Source of the DNA: an uncultured Gemmatimonadota bacterium
Lineage (GTDB): Bacteria; GCA-2686955
Direction: 5' to 3'
Assembly (NCBI GenBank): GCA_964490075.1
Contig: CAZBBK010000040.1
Location: 1 to 49,262 of the forward strand
DNA: 49,262 nt
Shown: positions 10,142 through 19,100 of the stretch, piece after piece
Layout: every line of letters begins with the position of its first letter
How positions within the stretch are numbered: the first letter of the stretch is position 1
Made by a program: the position numbers and the translations under genes
Notes under the pieces: model-generated
What the model was told of the DNA's origin: nothing
What the model saw: the letters and a program-made list of their open reading frames with translations, nothing else
Database searches by the model: none

Positions 10142-13100
10142 ATGTTCCTCGCGAGAGTGATCGATATCGGCCGGACAGAGATCGATGCCACGCTGGGCGC
10201 GCGCCTTGGATGGGCGGTGCTGAGTCTGCTGGGTGGCGCTTCGGTGCATGCGGCGCTGCTTTCGGTTCCTTCGCAGTACTCCACGATCCAGGAAGCGATC
10301 GACGCCGCGGCGCCGGGCGACGAGATCGTCGTCTCGCAGGGGACCTACGGCGAGACGATCGATTTCTCCGGCAAGGGAATCACGGTACGCAGCAGCGATC
10401 CGAGCAGCCCCTCGATCGTCTCCACCACCGTGATCGACGCCGGCGCGGCGGGCAGCGCGGTGACCTTCGATGGCGGCGAAACGGCGTCGTCGGTGCTGCA
10501 GGGGATGAAGCTGACCGGCGGCAGCGGCACCGTCTACGCCACCGGCCCGGGCAGCGGCGAGAGTGTGGCGGGCGGAGGGGTATTCTGCCGCGACGCGTCG
10601 CCCACCATCCTCGACTGCATGATCCAGAGCAACGATGTCACGGCCGCGCCGAGCACCGCCGGCGGAGGGGTGTTCGTGCAGGGCGGAGCGCCGACTCTGG
10701 AGCGCTGCACGATCAGCGGCAACGCGACCGGTGGAGACGGTGGCGGCATCTTCACGGAAGGCGGCGCGTCGCTCACCCTGGTGGACTGTAGCTTCAGCGC
10801 CAACACGGCCGGGCGCAACGGCGGCGCCCTCGCCCTGGCCGACACCTGCGATCTCACCCAGTCGGGCGGCGAGATGAGCTCGAACAGTGCGCTGCGATCC
10901 GGCGGGGCGCTCTTCGGCACCCGCGAGTCCGGCATCCTGCTCTCCGATTGTGTCGTCACCAGCAACAGCGCGACGGGCGACGGCGGTGCGGTGGCGCTGG
11001 AGGACGCGGCGGCATCGAGCTTCACCGGCTGCAGCATCGACGACAACGGCGCGGGCGACTCTGGCGGCGCCTTCGCGGCCCTGCGCTCGGCCACGACGAT
11101 CCGCTCGTGCACCATGAGCGGCAACGATGCCCTCAACTTCGGCGGGGCGATCTTCGGCTTCGCGCAGTCCGCGTCGATCATCGACGAATGCAGCATCGGC
11201 ACCAGCTCGGCCTGGCAGGGCGGCGGGATCTGGCTGAACGGTCCGGCGGTCTTCACCAACACCGATGTGAGCAACAACGATGCCAGCTGGGGCGCGGGGC
11301 TCTACCTGGAGAACTGCTCGCCGAGCTTCAGCGGCTGCACCATCGAGCGCAACGATGCCCAGGCCTCCGGCGGCGGCCTGCTCTGCTTCGACGAGGCCTC
11401 GCCCAGCTTCGACGCCTGCACCATCTCGCTCAACAGCGCGCAGGGCGCATCCGGCGGTCTGGCCTGCTGGGCCGGATCGAGCCCCGAGCTCGTGAACTGC
11501 GTCATCGACCGCAACCAGGCCGACGGCACCGCCGGCGGAATGCGCTGCGTCGACGAGTCGTCTCCCTATCTCATGAACTGCACGATCGCCGGCAACAGTG
11601 CGGGCGCGACCGGGGGACCGATGAGCTGCTCAGGCGACTCTCGGCCGGTCATCGTCAACACGATCATCTGGGGCAACTCGCCGGCAGCGATCTACTCCCC
11701 ATACTCGACCCCGAAGATCACCTACAGCGACGTGCAGGGGGGCTGGTACGACGAAGGCAATCTGAACTCCGATCCGCTCTTTCTGAACGAGGCCAGCGGC
11801 GACTACCGCTTGATGCAGGATTCCCCCTGCATCGACTCCGGCACACCCTTCCGGGCGCCCGACGTCGACAACGAGGGACACACCCGGCCCACCGACGATG
11901 GCTACGAGATGGGGTCCGATGAGTTCATCGGCATCATCTGCGATCTCGGCATCGACATCCTCGACTTCACGCCGACACTGGCGGTGGGAGAGGTGCTGGA
12001 GATCGACGCGGAGATCTCGAATCCCTGTCCCTTCTCACTCGACTTCAACTCGGTGAACCTGCGGGCCGAGGGACCCGCGAGCGCGGAGTTCCGCCTGATC
12101 AACAACGTCGAGGTGACGATGCGTCCGGGAGAGACGCGTTCGCGGATGCTGCGCAAGATGGTGCCTTTCGATGCTCCGGCCGGATCGTACTCGATGACGC
12201 TCGAAGTGCTGCGCGGGCAGAGTGTGGTCGCCAGCGAGGTGTTCGCGATCGCGGTGACGCTTTCGGGCGATATTCTGGAGGTGCCGGCGACTTATCCCAC
12301 CATCCAGGCGGCAGTCAACGCGGCTGCCGACGGCGACGAGGTGGTCGTCTCGCCCGGGACCTACGGCGAGTGGAACATCCGTCTTCTGGGCAAGGCGATC
12401 ACGGTGCGCGGCACCGATCCTTCCGACTCCGCGACCGTGGCCGCCACGATCGTCGACGGCGGCGGCAACGACCGGGTCTTCTTCATCGCCGACGGGGAGC
12501 ATCACGATACCGTGGTCTCGGGTCTCACCATCCGCGGCGGCTACGCCCGCGAAGGTGGCGGCATCGCCTGCTGGGAGACGGCGCCGACCATCTCGAACTG
12601 CGTCATCACCGGATGCCAGGCCCATGCGCCCGGGCTGGGAGGCGGCGCGATCTGGGGCAAGGACTCCGACCTGGTGCTCGAGGGCTGCACGCTGACCGGC
12701 AACAGCGCCGTCAGCTACGGGGGGGCGGTCTCGCTGGCGACCGCGTCGTCGGCGCTCGGCGGCATCCTGGCCCTCTCCGCGACGCCCGAGCTGCTCGACT
12801 GCCGCATCGAAGGCAACAGTGCGGCCAACGGCGCCGGGGTCTTCTTCTCCAACGTGCGGCCGATGATCGCCGGCTGTCTGGTCCTGGGCAACACGGCCAC
12901 CGGCTACGGCGGCGGGATCTTCGGCACCAACAGCGCTTCCGCCACCATCGACAGCTGCACCGTCGGCAACAACAGTGCCGCCTACGGAGGCGGCCTGAGC
13001 CTGCAACGGACCGCGACCACGATCCAGGGAGGCGCCATTCGCGACAACCAGGCGACTGCGGCCATCTTCGGCGGGGGTGGCGCCTTCATCGACCGCTCCG

Positions 13101-13648
13101 CGGTGACCCTGAGCGGCACGAACCTGGACGCCAATACATGCGCGGCGGACGGCGGTGCGTTGCACCTGGTCGGCGGCAGCACAACCATCCGCAACAGCCT
13201 GCTGACCAACTCGACCTCCAGCGGCCAGGGCGGCGCGATCTACACCACCGCGAACCCGGTCACGATTCAGAACTGCACCCTGGCGGGCAACAGCGCCGCG
13301 GAGGGCGACGCCATCTACGCGCAGTCGGGCGGTGCCACGACCGGTGTGAACAACATTGTCACCAATGGAGGCAGCGACGAGCTGACGCCGACCCATCGCG
13401 TCACGATGAGCTACTCGATCGTCGAGGGCGGCTGGAGCGGCGCGGGCAACCTCGACGTAGATCCACTGTACCGTGATCTTGGAGCGAAGGACTACCACCT
13501 GCAGGCGACCGCCTGCGGCGATGCGGCCGACTCCCCGGCGATCGACGCCGGAGATCCCGCGACCACCGACACCGCCCTCGATTGCGAGACCGGCCTGGGC
13601 ACCAGCGCCGCCGATATGGGCGCCTACGGAGGACCGGGAAACGGCTGA
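10142..13648 (+). CDS. Secreted beta-helix protein (beta-helix / Ig-like / beta-helix), adhesin-like paralog 1
   Basis: GGAG then ATG 10142; 'VPSQYSTIQEAIDAA.PGD.I.V..GTY'; many 'GGG/GGA...C.I.GN.A' repeats; 'DPLF...DY.L...SPCID.G' and 'DMGAYGG' caps. Confidence 0.85.
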   Translation: MFLARVIDIGRTEIDATLGARLGWAVLSLLGGASVHAALLSVPSQYSTIQEAIDAAAPGDEIVVSQGTYGETIDFSGKGITVRSSDPSSPSIVSTTVIDAGAAGSAVTFDGGETASSVLQGMKLTGGSGTVYATGPGSGESVAGGGVFCRDASPTILDCMIQSNDVTAAPSTAGGGVFVQGGAPTLERCTISGNATGGDGGGIFTEGGASLTLVDCSFSANTAGRNGGALALADTCDLTQSGGEMSSNSALRSGGALFGTRESGILLSDCVVTSNSATGDGGAVALEDAAASSFTGCSIDDNGAGDSGGAFAALRSATTIRSCTMSGNDALNFGGAIFGFAQSASIIDECSIGTSSAWQGGGIWLNGPAVFTNTDVSNNDASWGAGLYLENCSPSFSGCTIERNDAQASGGGLLCFDEASPSFDACTISLNSAQGASGGLACWAGSSPELVNCVIDRNQADGTAGGMRCVDESSPYLMNCTIAGNSAGATGGPMSCSGDSRPVIVNTIIWGNSPAAIYSPYSTPKITYSDVQGGWYDEGNLNSDPLFLNEASGDYRLMQDSPCIDSGTPFRAPDVDNEGHTRPTDDGYEMGSDEFIGIICDLGIDILDFTPTLAVGEVLEIDAEISNPCPFSLDFNSVNLRAEGPASAEFRLINNVEVTMRPGETRSRMLRKMVPFDAPAGSYSMTLEVLRGQSVVASEVFAIAVTLSGDILEVPATYPTIQAAVNAAADGDEVVVSPGTYGEWNIRLLGKAITVRGTDPSDSATVAATIVDGGGNDRVFFIADGEHHDTVVSGLTIRGGYAREGGGIACWETAPTISNCVITGCQAHAPGLGGGAIWGKDSDLVLEGCTLTGNSAVSYGGAVSLATASSALGGILALSATPELLDCRIEGNSAANGAGVFFSNVRPMIAGCLVLGNTATGYGGGIFGTNSASATIDSCTVGNNSAAYGGGLSLQRTATTIQGGAIRDNQATAAIFGGGGAFIDRSAVTLSGTNLDANTCAADGGALHLVGGSTTIRNSLLTNSTSSGQGGAIYTTANPVTIQNCTLAGNSAAEGDAIYAQSGGATTGVNNIVTNGGSDELTPTHRVTMSYSIVEGGWSGAGNLDVDPLYRDLGAKDYHLQATACGDAADSPAIDAGDPATTDTALDCETGLGTSAADMGAYGGPGNG

Positions 13649-13657
13649 GTTCCTGGC

Positions 13658-13687
13658 GGCGCCACGAACTCGTTTTTTGGCGCCTTT
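13658..13687 (+). terminator. Possible intrinsic terminator after paralog 1
   Basis: Inverted repeat GGCGCCA...TGGCGCC followed by TTT, starting 10 nt after the stop codon. Confidence 0.4.
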
Positions 13688-13703
13688 GGACCGCGCCCAG
13701 GGC

Positions 13704-13732
13704 TTGACACCCGGGGGGGCGGATGTAAGACT
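13704..13732 (+). promoter_or_regulatory. Sigma70-type promoter for the WxL gene
   Basis: Perfect TTGACA (13704-13709), 17-bp spacer, extended -10 TG-t-AAGACT; GGAGGA RBS downstream at 13780. Confidence 0.6.
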
Positions 13733-13790
13733 CAGAAGACACACAACGGTTCTGGGGGGGCGCTTTGGGGACCCTCATTGGAGGAACGAA

Positions 13791-14363
13791 ATGCGCAGGA
13801 TGAGCTTTCTGGCGGCGGCCGGGATGGTTGTCGCCGGCGGATCAGCGTTGGCCTTGACCGCCACCGACACCGGCAACGACGCGACCATCACGCTCAACGC
13901 CGGCACCGTGACGGTCAATGTCACGACCGACCTGGCCTTCGCAAGCCAGACGCTGACCGGTAACGACATCGTCTTGACGTCCGCCGCCAGCGTTCCGGAC
14001 ATCACGGTGAACGACTCTCGGGGAACCGGTCAAGGCTGGACGCTGACGCTGGCCGCGGCCGACTACACCGATGGGGGCACCGAGACCATCGATGCCGCGA
14101 ACTTCACCTATATCAACCCGAGCTCCGGCACGCTGGGCTCGGTGAACTGGCCGAGCGCCGATCCGGACATCGACAACCACGACACCGCCCAACCGCTGAG
14201 CTCGGCGGTCGGTCTGTTGACCGCGGGCACCGACGAGGGCATGGGGGACGGCACCTTCAGCCTCGACGTGGCGATGTTCGGTCTGACCATTCCCGCGGTG
14301 ACCAAGGCTGGCAGCTACACCTCGGATCTGACCGCGACGGTGACCTACGATCCCGTTCCCTAG
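13791..14363 (+). CDS. WxL-domain surface protein (putative major subunit)
   Basis: Strong RBS; signal peptide MRRMSFLAAAGMVVAGGSALA; WxL-family motifs 'V.DSRGTGQGWTL', 'LLTA....GMG', 'LTIPA...AGSY.S.LT.T'. Confidence 0.85.
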   Translation: MRRMSFLAAAGMVVAGGSALALTATDTGNDATITLNAGTVTVNVTTDLAFASQTLTGNDIVLTSAASVPDITVNDSRGTGQGWTLTLAAADYTDGGTETIDAANFTYINPSSGTLGSVNWPSADPDIDNHDTAQPLSSAVGLLTAGTDEGMGDGTFSLDVAMFGLTIPAVTKAGSYTSDLTATVTYDPVP

Positions 14364-14384
14364 CCGTTCTTTGCGCGTCAAGTT

Positions 14385-14432
14385 CGGGCAAGCCTCGTCT
14401 CGCGGGTCGCTCCGGGAGGTGAGGCTTGTTCG
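14385..14432 (+). terminator. Long stem-loop between the WxL and DUF916-like genes (mRNA stabiliser or attenuator)
   Basis: CGGGCAAGCCTC (14385-14396) pairs with GAGGCTTGTTCG (14421-14432), and the inner GTCTC.CGGG / TCCG.GAGGT extends the stem. No U-tract follows. Confidence 0.6.
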
Positions 14433-14457
14433 TGTCGGATGAAGATCGCGGAGGTTT

Positions 14458-15330
14458 GTGGTGCGTGGAGCGAAGTTCGCGGCGATTTTGTATTGCGTGT
14501 TGCTGGCGGCGGGGCTGACCGATGAGGCGCGCGCGGCGGGCAGCTTCTCGGTCGAGCTGATCGATCCCGCGGAGGAAGGCTACTACTTCCGCCACCGGCT
14601 CGATCCCGGTGGAAGCGTCACCCGCAGCATCGTAGTAGCCAATCCGACCGCCGAGACGATCGAGGTGGCTCTCTATCCGGCCGATGCCTACTGTACCGCG
14701 GCCGGAGGCCTGAACGGCGGTCTGCGCGGTACGGCGGTGGAGCGGGAAGGTCGGTGGCTGAATCCTGAGCGCCGATCGTTGACGCTGGCGGCGGAGGCCA
14801 GCGAGTCGGTCGCGATCGAGATGCGAGTCCCAGCCAATGCCGAGCCCGGTGACCACTTCGCCTTCGTCTTCGTGGAGCTGGGCGAGACCAGAGCCGAAGG
14901 GGCGAGCGATGGAGCCGCCGACACCTCATCCGTCGCCTTGCAGGTCGCGGTCACTCCGCGTTTCGGGGTTCTGTTCTGGGAAACGGTACCCGGTCCCGAG
15001 GTGCTGGAGATCGATGTCGCGAAGGTGGGCAAACGGATCGAAAAGGGAGCCTTGCTGCTCGATGTGGAGCTGCGCAACAGCGGCAGTCTCTTCGCCAAAC
15101 CGAAGCTCGACTGGGCGCTGCTGCATCCGGGCGGCCGCCGGGTGGCGGGGCAGCGCGAGTTGGGAGGTCAGATTCTCCTGCCCGGGACGAGCTACTTGCT
15201 GAGCTTGCCGATCACCACCGATCGCCCCCTGATTCGCGGTGACTACTCGCTGGAGACCACACTTCGCTACTACCGAACCGGAATGGAAGAGGTTGCCAAG
15301 GAGAAGCGCTTCCCGATTCTGCTGCCTTGA
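14458..15330 (+). CDS. DUF916-like (WxL-interacting) secreted protein with two Ig-like domains and no C-terminal TM anchor; chaperone-like
   Basis: GGAGG RBS; signal peptide ...DEARA; 'YYF...LDPG.S....IVVAN.T.....VALYPADA..T..GG', 'W....LTLAA......V...M.VPANAEPGDH', second domain 'ELRNSG...PG'. Confidence 0.8.
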   Translation: MVRGAKFAAILYCVLLAAGLTDEARAAGSFSVELIDPAEEGYYFRHRLDPGGSVTRSIVVANPTAETIEVALYPADAYCTAAGGLNGGLRGTAVEREGRWLNPERRSLTLAAEASESVAIEMRVPANAEPGDHFAFVFVELGETRAEGASDGAADTSSVALQVAVTPRFGVLFWETVPGPEVLEIDVAKVGKRIEKGALLLDVELRNSGSLFAKPKLDWALLHPGGRRVAGQRELGGQILLPGTSYLLSLPITTDRPLIRGDYSLETTLRYYRTGMEEVAKEKRFPILLP

Positions 15331-15427
15331 TGGCGTCCCCGGCGGCCGGAAGCGCGCCGTGCCGGACGGGAGCGCTCGGCCCGGACGCCGCTCAATCTCC
15401 GGCCACCGAAGTGCCGATCAACAGAGC

Positions 15428-15976
15428 ATGTGCGCTTCTTTCGCCCGAATCGTCCGCCGGCAACCGATCCGCCACGCCGCATCGAGACTGCTGCTCTCGC
15501 TGGCCCTGGGCGCCGGCGCGGCCACGGCGGAGCAGGTCTCGGCCCTGGCCAGGGCATCGATCGTTCTGACCGCCGGAAGAGTGCTGATCGGGACCGAGTT
15601 CGTGGAATATCCCGCGCCCGGGGCGGGCGGCGTGGTGCTCGAGGGGGAGTGGTTCCCGCGCGCGCGCACCGAGATCACCGCGCGCGGCGGCGGCGCCAGC
15701 GCGGGACGGCTGGGGATCAGGGCGCAGGCCCTCGATTCGGAGCGCCGCGGCGTGGCGATCCTGGCGGCTGGCTTCGATGGTGGCGGTGGATTGGCGCTGG
15801 CACCGGTGGAGGGCGCGCGTCGCGGCAGCGTCCGTCTCCTGGCGCGTGGGCTGCACTGGCTGGAAGACGTCGAGCAGAAGTCGATCGAGGCCAGGCGCCC
15901 CGTCGCGAGCGATGCCGAGACGAGCATGGCCGGAGTGGTCGCGACAGTCGTTCCAAGTCTGGCTGATCCTCGCTAG
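15428..15976 (+). CDS. Small secreted protein, possible divergent subunit
   Basis: Signal-like segment RLLLSLALGAGAATA; mature N-terminus 'ASIVLTAGRVLI' resembles 'ATITLNAGTVTV' of the WxL protein. Start uncertain. Confidence 0.5.
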   Translation: MCASFARIVRRQPIRHAASRLLLSLALGAGAATAEQVSALARASIVLTAGRVLIGTEFVEYPAPGAGGVVLEGEWFPRARTEITARGGGASAGRLGIRAQALDSERRGVAILAAGFDGGGGLALAPVEGARRGSVRLLARGLHWLEDVEQKSIEARRPVASDAETSMAGVVATVVPSLADPR

Positions 15977-16057
15977 CAACGCCCGCACAGCGCGTCGGGT
16001 CCCGCGTGGCCCGATCGGCGAAGTGGCGATGAGTTGGGGGAACGGCGCGACCCAGGC

Positions 16058-16086
16058 GTGACACGTTCCTCCCTCCGGGGTACAAT
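16058..16086 (+). promoter_or_regulatory. Sigma70-type promoter for paralog 2
   Basis: GTGACA - 17 bp - TACAAT, 55 nt upstream of ATG 16142. Confidence 0.6.
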
Positions 16087-16141
16087 TCTGATGCTCGTGC
16101 GAGAACCGCCCGCGCCATGCGTCAAGAACCCAGGGGGTATC

Positions 16142-19100
16142 ATGCGCCACATCGCCCGCAGCGCCGCAGCCGTCGTCCTGGCCTGCGCGACCGTCGCCAC
16201 CGCCGCCACCATCCACGTGCCTGCCGACCAGCCGACCATCCAGGACGGCATCAACGCCGCCGTGAACGGCGACGAGGTGGTGGTTGCGCCGGGGAGCTAC
16301 CACGAGGCGAGCGTCAGCTTCGGCGGCCGGGCGATCACGGTGCGTGGCAGCGATCCGAACGACTGGGCCGTCGTGGAAGCGACCGTCGTGGACGCCGACG
16401 CCGCCGGACCGGTGTTCAACTTCGGCAACGGGGAGGACTCCACCAGCGTTCTCTCGGGCCTCACCGTGACGGACGGCATCGGCATCTGGGGCATCGGCGG
16501 CGGAATCTACGTCTCCAACTGCTCGCCAAAGATCGAGCGCTGTCTGATCACCGGGAACTCGGCCTCCGCCCGCGGCGGCGGCTTGGGCTACTACGACGCC
16601 CCCAATCCGATCGCCGTCGAATGCAGGATCGAGGGCAACACCACCAATGGCCAGGGCGGCGGCGTCTCTTCCTACTACGGGGGGACGTTCCGCGATTGTC
16701 TTTTCATCGACAACACGGCCTCCTCCGGCGGCGCTGCCTACTCCTACACGGACGGGTTGACGTTCATCAATTGTGTGCTCGCCAACAACACCGCGACAGG
16801 TAGCGGCGGCGCGATTCACGCATGTTGGGCGGATGGCGTGGTCGTGACCAACTGCACGATCTACGGCAACTCCGCGACCGGCTCTGGGGGGACGCTCCAC
16901 GTCTCTTGCCCATCCACGGTTGCCTTCAAGAACTCCATCCTGTGGAACGCTCTTCAGGGCGGGCAGAACGAGATCGATTCCGGCGGCTACCCGGGAGTTT
17001 CGGCCACCTACTGCGACATCCAGGGGGGCTGGGGCGGCGCCGGCAACATCGCGAGCGACCCATCGCTGCTCGATCCCGCGGCCGGCGACTACCATCTTGC
17101 GATCGGCTCTCCCTGCATCGATGCGGGCACCGCGAGCGGCGCGCCGGCAGTCGACTATGAGGGCGACGCACGTCCCTTCGACGGCCTCTTCGACATCGGC
17201 GCCGATGAGTTCACGGGGCCGCCCTGTCTGCTCGATCTGTCGGTGATCAGCTTCACTCCCACCCTCGCTGTGGGCGAGGTGCTGGAGATCGAGGCCGAGG
17301 TGTCGAACTCCTGCGATATTTCACAGGACTTCAACTCCGTGAAGGTCAGTGCCCAGGGCCCCGCCTCCGCCGAGTTCTACCTGATCAACAACGTCACCGT
17401 CTCGCTGCGACCGGGAGAGACACGCGCGCGCTCGCTGCGCAAGATGATCCCCTTCAACGCCCCGCCCGGCGATTACGATCTGACGCTGGAAGTGCTTCTC
17501 GACGACTTCGTTCTCGCGAGCGAGGCGTTCACGATTACGGTCACTGCCTCTGGCGACATCATCACGGTGCCGGGCGACTTCGCCCGCATCCAGGACGCGA
17601 TCATGGTGGCGGCCGACGGCGACCAGGTGGTGGTCTCACCGGGCACCTACGCGGAATGGGACATCCGTCTGCTGGGCAAGGCGATCACGGTGCGCGGCAC
17701 TGACCCGGCCGACTCGGCGACGGTGGCCGGCACGGTGGTCGATGCCGGCGGCAACGGCCGCGGCTTCTACGTGGCGGACGGCGAGGGCCACGATACGGTG
17801 ATCTCGGGGCTCACGATCGCCAACGGCTATGCCCGAGAGGGGGGAGGAATCGGCTGCTGGGAGTCGGCGCCGACCATTTCGCGCTGCGTGATTCGCGACT
17901 GCGACGCCCACGCCGCCGGCATGGGCGGGGGTGCGATCTGGGGCAAGGACTCCGACCTGGTGCTCGACGACTGTACGCTGAGCGGCAACAGCGCCGTGAG
18001 CTACGGTGGCGCGATCTCGCTCTCCACCGCCTCCTCGGCGATGGGGGGAATTCTGTCGCTGCCGGCGACGCCGGAGATCACGGATTGCCGCATCGAGGGC
18101 AACAGCGCCGGGAGTGGCGCGGGGCTCTTCTTCTCCAACGTGCGGCCGGCGATCCAGGGCTGCGTGCTGCTCGCCAACAGCGCCACCGTGCAGGGCGGAG
18201 GCATCTTCGGGGTCACCAGCGCCGCGGCCACCATCGAGGACTGTACCTTCGAGGGAAACGTCGCCGGCTTCGGCGGCGGCATCAGCCTGCAGCGTTGCCA
18301 GGCGACGATCGAGGGCGGGAGCTGGCTCGAGAACGAGGCGTTGGAAGCGTTCTTCGGCGGCGGCGGGATCTTCGCCGACCGTACGACGCTGACTCTGAGC
18401 GGCGCCAGCTTCACCTTGAACAGCTCCGGGAACGACGGCGGCGGGCTCTACCTCAATGCCGGCAGCGCCACGATCGAGCGCACGCTGATCGCTGAGTCCT
18501 TCGCTGGCGCCAGGGGCGGCGGCATCTGCGTGGCCTCGAATCCTCTGACGCTCACCAACTGCACCGTCGTCGACAACGACGCGCTCGAGGGCGCCGGCAT
18601 CTACGCCTACTCCGGCGGCACCACCACCGGCCTCAACAACATCGTCACCGGCGCCGCCACCGCGCTCCATCCCGACTACCGGATCGCGATGAGCTACTCG
18701 CTGGTCGAGGGCGGCTGGAGCGGCGAGGGCAACCTCGACGTCGATCCGCTCTACCGCGATCCGGGATCGCTGGACTTCCATCTTCAATCGATCGCCTGCG
18801 GCGACGCTGCCGACTCGCCGGCGATCGACGCCGGGGATCCGGCGACCGCCGACAGTCTGCTCGGCTGCGACGATGGGCTGGGGAGCGGCGCGGCTGACAT
18901 GGGGGCTTATGGCGGGGGTGCGGCGGCCGGCGCCAGCCAAACGGTGTTGTTGCTGCACGGTGATGGCGATCAGTCGGCCTCCCAGCACCGCCTGGGTGCG
19001 CATGGTGCTCCCCGGCTCGACGCTGGCGTCGCCAAATTTGGAGCGGGCAGCTGCTACTTCGGCGGCGCCGACTTTTTCACTGTCTCCGATCACCCCGACT

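Noticed and set aside
7508-19093. Long minus-strand ORFs 7508-9571, 12035-13744, 15392-17095, 17636-19093
   Set aside because: Shadows of well-supported plus-strand genes.
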